The notes under the pieces: model-generated
Told to the model about the DNA's origin: nothing
Seen by the model: the letters and a program-made list of their open reading frames with translations, nothing else
Databases searched by the model: none
In this document: one piece after another, positions 1 through 11,287 of the stretch
Numbering within the stretch: the stretch's first letter is position 1
How the letters are laid out: each line of letters opens with the position of its first letter
Assembly (NCBI GenBank): GCA_041749475.1
Contig: JBGTBD010000019.1
Span: 12,064-76,063, forward strand
Direction: 5' to 3'
Source of the DNA: Rickettsiales bacterium
GTDB lineage: Bacteria; Pseudomonadota; Alphaproteobacteria; Rickettsiales; UBA998
Length of the DNA stretch: 64,000 nucleotides
Translations under genes and position numbers: made by a program

Positions 1-1
1 T

Positions 2-565
2 AGTAGTCTTGGTCTGATGTTGATGGGGTGCAGTACCGTTCCCCGTCAGGCATTCTTCAATCGTGGAACTCCGGAGTCTCTGCTGGATGTTTCTTCCGAA
101 GTGGTGACCGTTCAGGTGGCCTCCGAAGGCGCAGTGAATGAAGCTGTGAGTTATATCGAGCAGGATCAGCCCACCCGCGCTGAACTCTATTGCGATCAGG
201 GTGACACCTATTGCAACGCGATGGAAGAAGCATTGAAAGTCTATGGTTTGGAGTATGAACGCATTGCTTCTCCGGAAAGTACGTTGCAGTTGGTGTATGA
301 GCGTGTGGTCGCGCGGGATTGTGAGCATCGCTACATCGACAATCACATCAATCCCTATAACCTGACGCACCCGGCATATGGCTGCTCCCTTGCGTCGAAC
401 ATGGTACAGATGGTGTCGGACAAGCGTCAGTTCACCAATCCGGCCCTGATGGATTTCCAGGATGCTGACAAAGCTGTCCGTACCTATAATGAGAAGTATC
501 TTAACCCAGCACTACCCGCTGAGGATAACTCGACCTTCACAATTGAGAATCTTTCCAGTAACTAA
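2..565 (+). CDS. cpaD: CpaD-family Tad/Flp pilus assembly lipoprotein (5' end cut by window edge)
   Basis: The frame is open from the window edge, with no stop before the listed ATG at 17. The translated ...SSLGLMLMGCS reads as the end of a lipoprotein signal peptide (lipobox LMGC). A YGCSLASNMVQMV...NPALMD segment resembles the CpaD family. The gene lies directly upstream of cpaE-cpaF-tadB-tadC. Confidence 0.6.
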   Translation, partial: SSLGLMLMGCSTVPRQAFFNRGTPESLLDVSSEVVTVQVASEGAVNEAVSYIEQDQPTRAELYCDQGDTYCNAMEEALKVYGLEYERIASPESTLQLVYERVVARDCEHRYIDNHINPYNLTHPAYGCSLASNMVQMVSDKRQFTNPALMDFQDADKAVRTYNEKYLNPALPAEDNSTFTIENLSSN

Positions 566-591
566 GATGATGGCGGAATTTAAGAGTAACA

Positions 592-1806
592 ATGGATCAG
601 GAAAGCCCCCTATTAGTTATTATTACGGATGATTCCGAGCGCAATTTTTACCATCAGCTTGCCAATTCATTAGGATATAATTTTGCTAACATCGTGACCG
701 GCTCCCCGCTGGACGCAGCTGGCCAGTTAGCGGGTGTGAACTACGCCCCAAAATTTATCGTAATTGATATTGGTGGCCGATCATACGATGTGCTCCCGGA
801 ATTGGATAAGCTTGCCGAATATTGTGACGTCACTGCCAAGGTGGTGGTCACCGGCTCTATCAACGATATTGCCTTTTACCGCGCACTGATCGACAAAGGT
901 ATTGCCGAATACCTGACCAAACCTGCGGAACTCGAGCAATTCCGCGACGTGCTTCTGCGTAGCACCGCTACCGATACGGATATGTCCGAAGGCAGCACGG
1001 TCATCAGTTTTGTCGGTGCGGCCTCGGGAGACGGCTCCAGCACCATCGCCACAAACATGGCGTATTCCATCGCGGAAATGACCAAGAAACCTACGGTGCT
1101 GGTGGATTTCGATTATCAGTTTGGCATGCTGGCCAAGAATCTGGACCTCCCCACTCCCTATGGCATCAAGGACATATTCGAGCATCCGGAACGCGGGATT
1201 GACCGTCAACTGGTCTCGCGCATGGCGGTGAGTTACAAGAACCTTATGGATGTCGTTGTCGCTCCCCATGCGCTGCACTACCCGCCTAACGTACCGCCGG
1301 AACTGATGCGCGAATTATTGCAGGCCCTGCGCGAAAATTATCAGTACATTATCCTCGACATGCCGCATGTCTGGACACACTGGATGGCAGCTGCCCTCAC
1401 CAGTTCCGACCATATCGTCCTCGCCGCCCAGCTCTGGATCAAGTCTATTACCCACGGCACACGCCTGCTGAATACGTGGAAGCAGCTCGGCATACAGCCT
1501 AACAATGTGTCCGTTGTCATCAACCGCAGCGGCTCGAAGTTCAAAGAAGCGGTGAATTCCCGTGATTTTGAACGGGTGCTCAACCACCGTATCGATTTCT
1601 ACCTGCCGAACGACATCAAGACCGTCGCCAAATCAGAGAATCAGGGTATCACGGTGATGGAATCCGGGAAATCCTCGCTGGCTAACCAGTTCCAGCAATT
1701 CGCCGAGATATTGATCGATCGCACGTCGAACGGCAAAAAAGGACCGGCGTTCCGTGGTGCCTCCCGCGTCCAGATAACCGCGCAGGAAACTCGGAGGTTG
1801 CGCTAG
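592..1806 (+). CDS. cpaE: Tad pilus assembly ATPase-like protein CpaE/TadZ (receiver-like N-domain + MinD/ParA-type domain)
   Basis: 404 aa. The central GAASGDGSSTIATNMAYS is a deviant Walker A of the MinD/ParA type. There is an N-terminal receiver-like region. The gene sits between cpaD and cpaF. Confidence 0.8.
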   Translation: MDQESPLLVIITDDSERNFYHQLANSLGYNFANIVTGSPLDAAGQLAGVNYAPKFIVIDIGGRSYDVLPELDKLAEYCDVTAKVVVTGSINDIAFYRALIDKGIAEYLTKPAELEQFRDVLLRSTATDTDMSEGSTVISFVGAASGDGSSTIATNMAYSIAEMTKKPTVLVDFDYQFGMLAKNLDLPTPYGIKDIFEHPERGIDRQLVSRMAVSYKNLMDVVVAPHALHYPPNVPPELMRELLQALRENYQYIILDMPHVWTHWMAAALTSSDHIVLAAQLWIKSITHGTRLLNTWKQLGIQPNNVSVVINRSGSKFKEAVNSRDFERVLNHRIDFYLPNDIKTVAKSENQGITVMESGKSSLANQFQQFAEILIDRTSNGKKGPAFRGASRVQITAQETRRLR

Positions 1807-3300
1807 ATGTTCGGTAAGCGTCAGCCCGGCGAAACCTACCAGCCAGAGGAACCGGCGAGAAACGACGCGCAATTGCCAAGCGTCATTCCTGCCGCCCAGA
1901 CATCGCAGGATGTCGTTGATTCCGAGGCGCTAGAGCAGCAGAAACACGCGATGTTCGGTCAGGACGCGCACGCCCGCCGCGAGAAGGACATCGTATTAGA
2001 ATATGCCGACCTTAAATTAGAGACCAGCAGCTATCTGGAAGCCAAGCAGCAATTGTTGGAGCGTCTGGTTACTACGGTGGATTTCGCCACCTTGCAGAAA
2101 ATACCCGAGAGTAAACGCCGCGGCCGTATCAGCGAGGCCGTGGAAGCGATGATCGTCGAACTGGGTGCGCCGCTTACCTCCCAACAGACTCATCTGCTAT
2201 TGCAGCAGGCCATAGATGAGATTCTGGGTCATGGTCCGATTGAGCCGCTATTGGCCGATCCTGACATTGCCGACGTGATGATCAATACCGCCAAGCGCGT
2301 TTATGTGGAGAAGAACGGAAAGATATTCCTGACCAACATCACGTTCCTCAACGAAAGACACCTGATGAATATCGTTCAGCGGATCGTTACCCGCGTCGGT
2401 CGCCGGGTGGACGAAGCGAGCCCCATGGTGGATGCGCGTCTGGAGGACGGGTCGCGTTTCAATGCTATCATCCCGCCATTGGCGCTGGACGGCGCACTGG
2501 TCTCTATCCGTAAATTCAAGAAATCCAAAATGAGCCTGCGGCAGTATATCGAATATGATTCGATGAGTCCGGCCATGGCCCGGTTTCTGGAGATATGCGG
2601 CCATATTCGCCTCAATATCGTGATCTCGGGTGGCACGGGGAGCGGTAAGACCACGCTGCTGAACGCCATTTCACAAAATATTGCATCGGATGAACGCGTC
2701 ATCACCATCGAGGATGCGGCGGAATTGCAGTTACAGCAGCCACACGTCCTGCGTCTTGAAACCCGCCCTGCTTCCACGGAAGGCAGCGGTGAGATCACCC
2801 AACGCCAACTGGTCAAGAACGCGCTGCGGATGCGCCCTGACCGCATCATCCTCGGGGAAGTCCGGGGGGATGAGGTGATTGACGTCCTCTCCGCGATGAA
2901 TACCGGCCACGATGGGTCGATGGTTACGATCCACTCCAACAGCCCGCGCGATTGCCTGTCGCGTATCGAGAATCTCGTCGGGATGTCCGGCGTACAGGTT
3001 CCTATTTCTTCCCTGCGTTACCAAATCGGAAGCGCGGTACAGATGATCGTCCAGCTTAACCGGATGCGTGACGGTCGCCGCCGTATCACCCATATTGAAG
3101 AGATTGTCGGTCTGGAAGGGGATGTCATCACTACGCAGACCCTGTTCAACTTTAAAGCCGGCGCGATGAGTTCAACCGGAAAACTGGAAGGGGAATTCCA
3201 GTGCAGCGGCATCCGGCCTCGCATGTTTGGACGGGCGGAATATTACGGCCTCGATAAAGATTTGATGGAGTGCCTTAACCTAAGGAGTAACAAACTATGA
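1807..3300 (+). CDS. cpaF: Tad/type IV secretion-type ATPase CpaF/TadA
   Basis: 497 aa with Walker A GGTGSGKTTLLNA, IITIEDAAEL and a GEVRGDE Walker B region, as in VirB11/GspE-like secretion ATPases. The ATG abuts the cpaE stop. Confidence 0.92.
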   Translation: MFGKRQPGETYQPEEPARNDAQLPSVIPAAQTSQDVVDSEALEQQKHAMFGQDAHARREKDIVLEYADLKLETSSYLEAKQQLLERLVTTVDFATLQKIPESKRRGRISEAVEAMIVELGAPLTSQQTHLLLQQAIDEILGHGPIEPLLADPDIADVMINTAKRVYVEKNGKIFLTNITFLNERHLMNIVQRIVTRVGRRVDEASPMVDARLEDGSRFNAIIPPLALDGALVSIRKFKKSKMSLRQYIEYDSMSPAMARFLEICGHIRLNIVISGGTGSGKTTLLNAISQNIASDERVITIEDAAELQLQQPHVLRLETRPASTEGSGEITQRQLVKNALRMRPDRIILGEVRGDEVIDVLSAMNTGHDGSMVTIHSNSPRDCLSRIENLVGMSGVQVPISSLRYQIGSAVQMIVQLNRMRDGRRRITHIEEIVGLEGDVITTQTLFNFKAGAMSSTGKLEGEFQCSGIRPRMFGRAEYYGLDKDLMECLNLRSNKL

Positions 3301-4271
3301 ACCAGAGCTTGATTGTTGCCGGTATCATCGGACTCGTCGTATTCGTGATATTATACTTGGTGTTCTCTAAGTTCGGGAAGGGTAAATCTGGCCCCCGTAC
3401 GCAGAATGCGCTCCGTCAGTTAATGGAAGAGACGCAGACCTTCGAGGATAATGTTCTGACCAACCAGAGCATCGTCAAGGAAGATCACGCGCAGTCGCCC
3501 ATGTTGAAGGCGGTAGCAATGCTGCCTTATGGTGACCAGATGGCCGCGAAAATCCTCAAAGCCGGACTGGCACATCGCGTCCCTGTGTTGGGGGTTATTC
3601 TGCTTGGTGTGTTTATTGTTGTTGGGGTGGGGCTCTCCAATATCGGACTAGGGCTTCTGGGCTATGTATTCTCTCTCTTTATTGCCCTGCTGGTAGTGAA
3701 TAAAATTCTGCAACACCGTATCGTCAAGCGCAACGATGAGTTCATCAAGATGTTCCCGGATGTGCTTGACATGATTGTCCGCAGTGTGCGCTCCGGTTTT
3801 CCGCTCAATACTGCTCTCAAGATGGTAGCCGATAATATGGAAGCGCCGGTCAGCACAGAATTCCGGCAGGTGACGGATGAAGTGGCGCTGGGGATGAGCA
3901 TGGAACAGGCGTTGGCGCGTCTTGCCCAACGTGTGGATGAGCCCGATATCCAGTTCTTCGTGGTCGTCCTGAACGTACAGGCGGAAACCGGGGGGAATCT
4001 GGCCGAGATTATCTCCAATCTCTCCGGCATCATCCGCAAACGTAAGCAGCTGCGTCAGAAGATCCGCGCGATGACCTCTGAAGGTCGTGCGTCGGCATGG
4101 GTGCTAGGCGCTTTGCCGGTGCTGGTATTTCTCTCCATCTCATATACCTCCCCTGACCATATGCAACCACTCTACAATACCCTGATTGGAAACATGCTTT
4201 TCGCCACGGCCGTGAGTTTAATTCTCTTGACCTTCTGGGTAGTTAATCAGATGGTAGATATTGATATTTAA
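3297..4271 (+). CDS. tadB: Tad pilus inner-membrane platform protein TadB (T2SS-F family)
   Basis: 324 aa polytopic membrane protein with a GspF-like cytoplasmic domain (FPDVLDMIVRSVRSGFPLNTAL). It has an ATGA overlap with cpaF. Confidence 0.8.
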   Translation: MNQSLIVAGIIGLVVFVILYLVFSKFGKGKSGPRTQNALRQLMEETQTFEDNVLTNQSIVKEDHAQSPMLKAVAMLPYGDQMAAKILKAGLAHRVPVLGVILLGVFIVVGVGLSNIGLGLLGYVFSLFIALLVVNKILQHRIVKRNDEFIKMFPDVLDMIVRSVRSGFPLNTALKMVADNMEAPVSTEFRQVTDEVALGMSMEQALARLAQRVDEPDIQFFVVVLNVQAETGGNLAEIISNLSGIIRKRKQLRQKIRAMTSEGRASAWVLGALPVLVFLSISYTSPDHMQPLYNTLIGNMLFATAVSLILLTFWVVNQMVDIDI

Positions 4272-4279
4272 GGTGGGTT

Positions 4280-5242
4280 ATGAATTTTCTTAACAGCGCA
4301 TTTATGGTTCCGGCTCTCGCTGCTCTTGTTGTGTTCACGATATACATGGCAATCGACGCGATGTTTTCACGCAAAAACCAGATAGAGCAGCTTGAGCGTA
4401 AAACCTCCGACATGAACGACTATACCCAGACTGAGAGCGGTGATCAGAGCCTTATCAGTATGGATCAAAACCCCACAAGTCTGGCGCTGACGCTATCAGG
4501 TATTTTAAGGGCGATGGGCGTCAGCGTGGAAGAGCAGGTGGCGGAAGTCAGCAAGGAAACCTCCCGCGCTGGACTGGGCGGGGTAAACGCCGCCTATTAC
4601 GTACTGTTCATGCGCCGACTCGGTAATTATGTGGTGGCGGCTTTAGGGCTTTTAGTGGCTCTAACAGCGAAAGGCACGATGGATTACATATTGGCCGCAA
4701 TTATTATTACGCTGGGCCTGTTCGGTACTAATCTCTATATTAAAAATAAATCACAGAAACGGGAAAAAGTGTTGTTAAAATCTTTTCCTGATACACTTGA
4801 TCTTCTTGTGGTATGTGTGGAATCAGGGCTTGCGCTGGATGCTGCCTTGGCCCGGGTATGCCGTGAACTTGCCCGTGCCCATCCTGAGATAACCAAGGAA
4901 TTGAATCAGACCCGGGTGGAACTTGCTTTACTGAATGACCGCTCACAGGCTTTAAGCAATCTGGCTGATAGGACTAACATTGTTGCCTTCCGCTCCCTCG
5001 TCGCCGCGCTGATCCAGACGGAGAAGTTTGGTACCAGCCTGACCGATACGCTGCGTGTCTTGTCAGAGGATTATCGTCAGACACGCCTGATGCTTGCTGA
5101 AGAGAAAGCCGGTAGGTTGCCGGTGATGATAACGATACCTCTCATTTTATTCCTATTGCCAGCGTTGTTCATGATTATCATTGGCCCGCCAATCGTACGT
5201 GTAATTCAAAATGGCGGTATTATGGGTGGTACGGATAAATAA
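4280..5242 (+). CDS. tadC: Tad pilus inner-membrane platform protein TadC (T2SS-F family)
   Basis: 320 aa with a GspF-like domain ([22 protein letters not shown]) and flanking TM helices. It follows tadB. Confidence 0.8.
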   Translation: MNFLNSAFMVPALAALVVFTIYMAIDAMFSRKNQIEQLERKTSDMNDYTQTESGDQSLISMDQNPTSLALTLSGILRAMGVSVEEQVAEVSKETSRAGLGGVNAAYYVLFMRRLGNYVVAALGLLVALTAKGTMDYILAAIIITLGLFGTNLYIKNKSQKREKVLLKSFPDTLDLLVVCVESGLALDAALARVCRELARAHPEITKELNQTRVELALLNDRSQALSNLADRTNIVAFRSLVAALIQTEKFGTSLTDTLRVLSEDYRQTRLMLAEEKAGRLPVMITIPLILFLLPALFMIIIGPPIVRVIQNGGIMGGTDK

Positions 5243-5285
5243 AACCCACTGGTTTTTTACTCATAATCCCCTACATCTATGGGAT

Positions 5286-7343
5286 ATGGCCGCATCCCAG
5301 CAATTTGACCTTGTTTCCCCGTTTGAACCTGCCGGAGATCAGCCGGAAGCGATAAAGTCGCTTCTGGCGGGGTTGAAAGCCCATAAACGCGACCAGGTGC
5401 TGATGGGGGTGACCGGCTCGGGCAAGACCTTTACCATGGCCCACATCATCGCGGCGACGAAGCGTCCGGCGATGATTATCGCCCATAACAAGACGCTGGC
5501 CGCCCAACTCTATCACGAGATGAAAAGTTTCTTCCCCCACAACGCGGTGGAGTATTTCGTCTCCTATTACGATTATTACCAGCCCGAAGCCTACGTTCCG
5601 AGTTCGGACACCTATATTGAAAAGGATTCCTCCATCAACGAGCAGATCGACCGTATGCGCCACTCGGCGACGCGCTCGCTGCTGGAGCGCAAGGACGTTA
5701 TCGTCGTCGCCTCCGTCTCCTGCATCTACGGCATCGGCTCTGCCGAATCCTATCAGGCGATGACGCTGGAGATGCTGTCGGGCAGCCAAGTGCCGCTGCA
5801 GAGCCTCATCAAACAACTGATCGAATTGCAATATAAACGCAATGACCTCGGTTTCCAGCGCGGCTGTTTCCGCGTCAAAGGTGATACGCTCGATTTATTC
5901 CCCGCCCACTTGGAAGATCAGGCATGGCGCTTTTCTTTCTTCGGGGACGAGCTGGAATCCATCCACGCCTTCGACCCGCTGACGGGCGAATCGCACGGCA
6001 TGATGGAGAAGGTGACAATTTATGCTAACAGCCACTATGTCACTCCGCGCCCGACCATCGAAAAGGCCATCGGCCAGATAAAGATAGAGTTGAAAGAACG
6101 GCTTCAATGGCTACGCGAGAATAACAAGTTGCTGGAAGCGCAACGGCTAGAACAACGCACGCAGTTTGACCTAGAGATGCTGATCGAAACCGGAACCTGC
6201 AAAGGGATCGAGAATTATTCCCGTTATCTCAATGGCAGCCGCCCTGGTGATCCACCGCCGACGTTGTTCCAATACATGCCGAGCAACGCCTTGTTATTTG
6301 TGGATGAAAGTCACGTTACCCTGCCGCAGATACGTGGTATGTTCAACGGTGACCGGGCGCGTAAACAGACCCTCGTCGATTACGGCTTCCGCCTGCCATC
6401 CGCCATCGATAACCGCCCGTTACGGTTCGAGGAATGGGACAAAATGCGCCCGGAATCCATCCATGTCAGTGCCACACCTGCAGGCATTGAACTGGGCTGG
6501 ACCGATGGCGAGTTCGTCGAGCAGATCATTCGCCCTACCGGCCTCATCGACCCCATCTGCCATATCCGCCCCATCGCAACGCAGGTGGATGATTTACTGC
6601 ATGAATGCCGCGAGCAGGTAAAGTTGAGGCGCCGCACGTTGGTGACAACACTCACCAAGAAAATGGCCGAACAGCTCACCGAATATATGGACGAAGCCGG
6701 GCTGAAAGTGCGCTACCTCCATTCGGATGTCGATACGCTGGAACGCATTGACATCATCCGTGACCTCCGTCTCGGAGTGTTTGACATCCTCGTCGGCGTG
6801 AACCTGCTGCGGGAAGGGTTGGACATCCCCGAATGCGGCATGGTGGCGATTCTCGACGCAGACAAAGAGGGTTTCTTGCGCTCACGCACCTCCCTCATCC
6901 AGACCATCGGTCGTGCCGCACGGAATGTGGACGGCAAAGTGATTCTTTACGCCGACAAAATCACCGATTCCATGAAGGCGGCGCTTGATGAAACCGACCG
7001 TCGCCGTGCCAAGCAGGTGGCCTATAACGAAGAGCACGGCATTACGCCGACCAGTATCATCCGCGCCATCGCCGCTTCGATGAACGAAGAGAAGACGGAA
7101 GACTCACGCTATAACAGGGATTACGTCAACGTGCCGCTGAAACCGGGCGAGAAAGAGAACCCGGCCTATTCGCAAGCGGTCGATATGGAAACGCGCCTGC
7201 GCATGTTACGCGACCATATGCTGAAAGCAGCCGCTGACTTGGAATTCGAACTCGCCGCCCGCATCCGCGACGATATCACGAAGCTGGAAAAATCCTCAGT
7301 CCCGGCGGGTTCGGCGGGGAGCAAGCGCCGGAATAAGGCGTAA
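5286..7343 (+). CDS. uvrB: Excinuclease ABC subunit B
   Basis: Walker [17 protein letters not shown] box (FVDESHVT), helicase motifs and a C-terminal UVR motif ([15 protein letters not shown]). I place the start at ATG 5286 ([13 protein letters not shown]...) because the track start at 5211 would overlap tadC. Confidence 0.95.
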   Translation: MAASQQFDLVSPFEPAGDQPEAIKSLLAGLKAHKRDQVLMGVTGSGKTFTMAHIIAATKRPAMIIAHNKTLAAQLYHEMKSFFPHNAVEYFVSYYDYYQPEAYVPSSDTYIEKDSSINEQIDRMRHSATRSLLERKDVIVVASVSCIYGIGSAESYQAMTLEMLSGSQVPLQSLIKQLIELQYKRNDLGFQRGCFRVKGDTLDLFPAHLEDQAWRFSFFGDELESIHAFDPLTGESHGMMEKVTIYANSHYVTPRPTIEKAIGQIKIELKERLQWLRENNKLLEAQRLEQRTQFDLEMLIETGTCKGIENYSRYLNGSRPGDPPPTLFQYMPSNALLFVDESHVTLPQIRGMFNGDRARKQTLVDYGFRLPSAIDNRPLRFEEWDKMRPESIHVSATPAGIELGWTDGEFVEQIIRPTGLIDPICHIRPIATQVDDLLHECREQVKLRRRTLVTTLTKKMAEQLTEYMDEAGLKVRYLHSDVDTLERIDIIRDLRLGVFDILVGVNLLREGLDIPECGMVAILDADKEGFLRSRTSLIQTIGRAARNVDGKVILYADKITDSMKAALDETDRRRAKQVAYNEEHGITPTSIIRAIAASMNEEKTEDSRYNRDYVNVPLKPGEKENPAYSQAVDMETRLRMLRDHMLKAAADLEFELAARIRDDITKLEKSSVPAGSAGSKRRNKA

Positions 7344-7387
7344 ACGCAAACGCGTCAGGTATAATAATAGAGCCACAATTTCCTCCT

Positions 7388-8695
7388 CTAAAGAATAAAT
7401 TTATTCAGGTCCATCTGCTTCGCCATCGTGCCGACCTTGTCGTTCACGTGCGCCGCGTCGATAGTGAGTGATTCACCTTTTTTATCCGGCGCGTCGAAGC
7501 TGATATCTTCCACCAGTTTTTCCATGATGGTATGCAGCCGTCGCGCGCCGATATTTTCTACTTCACTGTTAAACTTGGTAGTGAGTTTGGCGAGTTCTTT
7601 GATGCCGTCGGCGGTGAATGTCAGCGTTACGCCTTCCGTCCCCAAAAGAGCAGAATATTGCTTGGTTAGGCTCGCTTCCGGCTCCGTCAGAATACGCTCC
7701 ATATCCTCTTCGGAAAGGGGATTCAACTCGACGCGGATAGGCAGACGCCCTTGTAACTCCGGCAATAGGTCGGAGGGTTTCGCCATATGGAATGCACCGG
7801 AGGCAATGAAAAGAATATGATCCGTTTTCACCGGGCCGTGCTTGGTGGAAACGGTCGTGCCTTCTACGATGGGCAAAAGATCGCGCTGCACCCCTTCACG
7901 GCTGACATCGCCGCCACGTTGCTCACTGCGGGTGGCTACCTTATCGATCTCGTCGATAAACACAATGCCATTATTCTCCGCATGCTCGATGGCTTCTTCG
8001 AGGATCTTCTCCTGATCCACCAGCTTTTCCGATTCTTCACGGATGAGTAAATCATAACTGTCGCTGACATGCATCCGCCGTGTCTTGGTCTTGCCACTGA
8101 AGGCCTTGCCGAACATATCGGAAAGATTCATCACTCCCATCTGCCCGCCCGGGATACCGGGAATATCGAAACTATTGAATGGGCTGCCATTATCGGCCAC
8201 GTCGATCTCGATTTCCTTGTCCGCCAGTTCTCCCGCACGCAGTTTCTCCCGGAACTTGCGGCGTGTTTCCTCGCTAGCGGTGGAGCCGACCAATGCATCG
8301 AGCACGCGGTTCTCCGCATGGAGTTCCGCTTTCTCTTTCACATCCGCGTATTTCTTTTCACGCACCATGGTGATGGCGACTTCGAGCAGGTCGCGGATGA
8401 TGGAATCCACATCACGCCCGACATAGCCCACTTCCGTGAACTTCGTCGCCTCCACTTTGATGAACGGCGCTTCCGCAAGTTTAGCTAGGCGGCGTGCGAT
8501 CTCGGTCTTACCGCACCCGGTCGGCCCGATCATCAGGATGTTCTTCGGGATGATCTCATCACGCAAAGATTCTTCCACCTGCTGGCGACGCCAGCGGTTG
8601 CGCAGCGCAATGGCGACGGCTTTCTTGGCATCATTCTGACCGACGATATGCCGATCCAGCTCGGTGACGATTTGGCGGGGGGTCAATTGGTTCAT
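7388..8695 (-). CDS. hslU: ATP-dependent protease ATPase subunit HslU
   Basis: AAA+ motifs [15 protein letters not shown] and IVFIDEIDK, with HslU-type length and end (..NKFIL). I place the start at ATG 8695 ([10 protein letters not shown]...) because the track start at 8758 would overlap hslV. Confidence 0.95.
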   Translation of the reverse strand: MNQLTPRQIVTELDRHIVGQNDAKKAVAIALRNRWRRQQVEESLRDEIIPKNILMIGPTGCGKTEIARRLAKLAEAPFIKVEATKFTEVGYVGRDVDSIIRDLLEVAITMVREKKYADVKEKAELHAENRVLDALVGSTASEETRRKFREKLRAGELADKEIEIDVADNGSPFNSFDIPGIPGGQMGVMNLSDMFGKAFSGKTKTRRMHVSDSYDLLIREESEKLVDQEKILEEAIEHAENNGIVFIDEIDKVATRSEQRGGDVSREGVQRDLLPIVEGTTVSTKHGPVKTDHILFIASGAFHMAKPSDLLPELQGRLPIRVELNPLSEEDMERILTEPEASLTKQYSALLGTEGVTLTFTADGIKELAKLTTKFNSEVENIGARRLHTIMEKLVEDISFDAPDKKGESLTIDAAHVNDKVGTMAKQMDLNKFIL

Positions 8696-8711
8696 GATAG
8701 AGGATGTAGGG

Positions 8712-9269
8712 TTACGCATCGAGCGATGCAAGGGTGATATTATGGTTGGTGTAGACACAAATATCTCCGGCGATCTTCATGGCCTTGCGCACGATGTCCT
8801 CAGCGGAAAGGTCATCCCGGTCAATCAACGCACGCGCTGCCGAGAGCGCATAATTCCCCCCGGAGCCAATGGCGGCGATACCATCCTCCGGCTCCAGCAC
8901 ATCCCCCGTACCGGAAAGCAGCAACGTGGTCTCCCCATCGGCGACGATCATCATTGCTTCCAGACGACGCAGGTATCTATCCGTCCGCCAGTCTTTCGCC
9001 AGTTCAACGCAGGCGCGGGTAAGCTGCCCGGGGTGTTTTTCCAGTTTGCCTTCCAGCCGCTCAAACAGCGTGAACGCATCCGCCGTTGCCCCGGCAAATC
9101 CGGCGATGATCTTGCCGTTCGCCAGCTCGCGGATTTTTTTGGCAGAGGATTTGATGATGGTCGGCCCGAGGCTGACTTGTCCGTCACCGCCGATGACCAC
9201 TTTACCGTTCTTGCGGACGGAGAGGATGGTGGTGGCGTGCCAGCCGGGGGAGTGGGTGTGTGATTCCAT
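8712..9269 (-). CDS. hslV: ATP-dependent protease peptidase subunit HslV
   Basis: [26 protein letters not shown] contains the catalytic Thr context of HslV. ATG 9269 has a GAAGGA Shine-Dalgarno 7 nt upstream. ATG 9287 is an alternative start. Confidence 0.9.
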   Translation of the reverse strand: MESHTHSPGWHATTILSVRKNGKVVIGGDGQVSLGPTIIKSSAKKIRELANGKIIAGFAGATADAFTLFERLEGKLEKHPGQLTRACVELAKDWRTDRYLRRLEAMMIVADGETTLLLSGTGDVLEPEDGIAAIGSGGNYALSAARALIDRDDLSAEDIVRKAMKIAGDICVYTNHNITLASLDA

Positions 9270-9309
9270 GTGTGATCCTTCGTTCAAAGGATATATAGAA
9301 ACGGATTGT

Positions 9310-9549
9310 CTAATTGCAATTGCCCCACATGGCGCATTCGGGCGTGGAGGTCTTTTTGCAATTTCCCCAGACCGAACAACCGGCTGATGTATCTTCCTTT
9401 TTGCAGTTGCCCCAGACCGAGCACTGGTCGCTCTTGTCCTTCTTGCAGCTATCGGTGTAGGTACACCACCAATCCTCGTCCTCCGGCTTGTCGCAGGCGG
9501 AAAGGGGCAGGGCGAGGAGCAGAACCAACAAAAAAGATTGAATTTTCAT
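9310..9549 (-). CDS. Small Cys-rich lipoprotein with three C-x-x-W-G-N-C repeats (79 aa, function unknown)
   Basis: An internal ATG at 9549 opens [19 protein letters not shown], a signal peptide with lipobox LSAC. The 60-aa mature part carries 8 further Cys and three CSVWGNCKK / CSVWGNCKK / CAMWGNCN repeats. It fills the hslV-hisB gap. The longer track ORF (9310..9882) is antisense to hisB beyond this point. Confidence 0.6.
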   Translation of the reverse strand: MKIQSFLLVLLLALPLSACDKPEDEDWWCTYTDSCKKDKSDQCSVWGNCKKEDTSAGCSVWGNCKKTSTPECAMWGNCN

Positions 9550-9603
9550 GGAAAACCTGTTTATTCGCCTTATATCACAGCCCATTGAAAGGTCAATCCA
9601 TCC

Positions 9604-10203
9604 ATGCGCAGCGCCACCGTCGATCGCAGCACCAAGGAAACTACCATCACGGCTACGGTGAACCTCGATGGCACGGGAAAATATACCGTTTCCACGGGCA
9701 TCGGCTTTCTTGACCATATGCTCGAACAGCTCTCCCGCCACAGCCTGATCGACATCACGCTGGAAGCGAAGGGTGATCTGCACATCGACGCGCACCACAC
9801 GACCGAGGACACTGGCATCACGATCGGTGAGGCGATTAAGAAGGCGCTCGGCACACGTCAAGGCATCGAACGCTACGGCCATTCCTACATCCCGATGGAC
9901 GAAACCCTGTCCCGCGTGTCGGTGGATTTATCGGGCCGCCCCTACCTCGTCTGGAACGTGAAGTTCACTCAGGCTAAGCTGGGCGAGATGGATTCCGAAC
10001 TTTTCCGCGAATGGTTTCAGGCCTTTGCTTTCGCCGTTGGCGCGAATGTGCATGTGGAGAATCTCTACGGGGTGAATAATCACCATATTATCGAGTCCTG
10101 CTTCAAAGGTCTCGCTCGCGCATTGAAGGTCGCCGTGAAGATGGATCCACGGCAGGAAGGCGTCATCCCCTCCACCAAAGGCACCCTGGGAGAGAAGTCA
10201 TGA
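9604..10203 (+). CDS. hisB: Imidazoleglycerol-phosphate dehydratase
   Basis: 199 aa with IGPD motifs ([28 protein letters not shown]). Confidence 0.95.
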   Translation: MRSATVDRSTKETTITATVNLDGTGKYTVSTGIGFLDHMLEQLSRHSLIDITLEAKGDLHIDAHHTTEDTGITIGEAIKKALGTRQGIERYGHSYIPMDETLSRVSVDLSGRPYLVWNVKFTQAKLGEMDSELFREWFQAFAFAVGANVHVENLYGVNNHHIIESCFKGLARALKVAVKMDPRQEGVIPSTKGTLGEKS

Positions 10204-10631
10204 TAGGCATGAATCGCATCCGGCTCTACAGCGTCCATATCGACCCGCAGGCGAAGCGCCCGTACGAAACGGCTGTATTCGTCCCGGAAGGGTTCAATAT
10301 CTACGCCTTCATCTTCACCGAATTATGGGCGCTCTATCACCGCCTGTGGTTACTCGCCTTTATCATCACTTTGCTATTCGTCCTCATCTTCACGCTGGGG
10401 AGAGACTATGGGTTCCATTTGATGAGCACGACCATTCTGCAGATGGGCATCCGGCTGATGATAGGGTTTCAGGCCAATGACGTGCTGCGGAGCCATTACG
10501 AGAAGAAAGGCTACGTCTTCGTCGATATGGTCGCCGCACATTCGCAGTTGGAAGCGGAGTTACGCTTCTATGACCGCTACTTGCCACGCCTGCCTGAAGC
10601 CGCTATCCCCATCACACTCTCCGAAGCCTGA
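10200..10631 (+). CDS. DUF2628-like small membrane protein (commonly found between hisB and hisH in Alphaproteobacteria)
   Basis: 143 aa with two TM helices and an [21 protein letters not shown] motif typical of DUF2628. It has an ATGA overlap with hisB. Confidence 0.65.
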   Translation: MIGMNRIRLYSVHIDPQAKRPYETAVFVPEGFNIYAFIFTELWALYHRLWLLAFIITLLFVLIFTLGRDYGFHLMSTTILQMGIRLMIGFQANDVLRSHYEKKGYVFVDMVAAHSQLEAELRFYDRYLPRLPEAAIPITLSEA

Positions 10632-10634
10632 GGC

Positions 10635-11285
10635 ATGAAGCTCGTCGTCATTGATTACGGATCGGGCAACCTGAAATCCGCCGCCAGCGCATTACGCGAC
10701 ATCGCCGCGCCGCTGGGGGTGGAGGTGGAGGTCTCCGCCCGTTCGGACGCTCTCGCTAATGCGGACGCCATCGTCCTGCCCGGTGTCGGCGCATTCGGCG
10801 ATTGCATGCGCGGCCTTTCCGCCATACCGGGAATGATTGCCGCGCTGAACGCCCGCGTGCTTGACCACAAAACGCCTTTCCTCGGCATCTGCGTCGGCAT
10901 GCAATTACTGTTCGAGCGCGGACTGGAACACGGCACACATGAAGGCCTTGGCTGGCTGAAAGGGAAGGTGGTTCCGCTGACCCCTGACGATACCTCGCTT
11001 AAGATTCCCCACATGGGCTGGAACGAACTGACCCTGACCCGCCCGGAACATCCTTTGCTGCACCATATTGCTGCGGGTGACCACGCCTATTTTGTGCATA
11101 GTTTCCATTCAGCATTGGGCGCGCAGGAAAATCTGCTTGCCACGGTCGATTATGGCGGTACTGTAACCGCAATCGTGGGCAAGGATCACATCATGGGCAC
11201 ACAATTCCACCCCGAAAAAAGTCAGCGGACCGGGATGCAATTGTTGCACAATTTTTTGACCATCGCAGGAAAGCGGGCAGCGTAA
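10635..11285 (+). CDS. hisH: Imidazole glycerol phosphate synthase, glutamine amidotransferase subunit
   Basis: Class I GATase with catalytic Cys in GICVGMQLL and a C-terminal HPEKS. Confidence 0.95.
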   Translation: MKLVVIDYGSGNLKSAASALRDIAAPLGVEVEVSARSDALANADAIVLPGVGAFGDCMRGLSAIPGMIAALNARVLDHKTPFLGICVGMQLLFERGLEHGTHEGLGWLKGKVVPLTPDDTSLKIPHMGWNELTLTRPEHPLLHHIAAGDHAYFVHSFHSALGAQENLLATVDYGGTVTAIVGKDHIMGTQFHPEKSQRTGMQLLHNFLTIAGKRAA

Positions 11286-11287
11286 AT

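Noticed and set aside
5211-5285. Track start of uvrB at 5211, and similar long N-terminal extensions for hslU 8758, murA 20850, maf 15791, hisD 17813, yidC 63531, obg 48488 and proB 49527
   Set aside because: The extensions overlap the preceding gene or add non-conserved residues. Internal ATGs line up with the conserved family N-termini and give tidy gene junctions.
9550-9882. N-terminal 111 codons of track ORF 9310..9882(-), which would make a 190-aa protein
   Set aside because: This part runs antisense to the well-supported hisB gene and shows no protein-like features. Only the segment from the internal ATG at 9549 (signal peptide plus Cys repeats) is credible.
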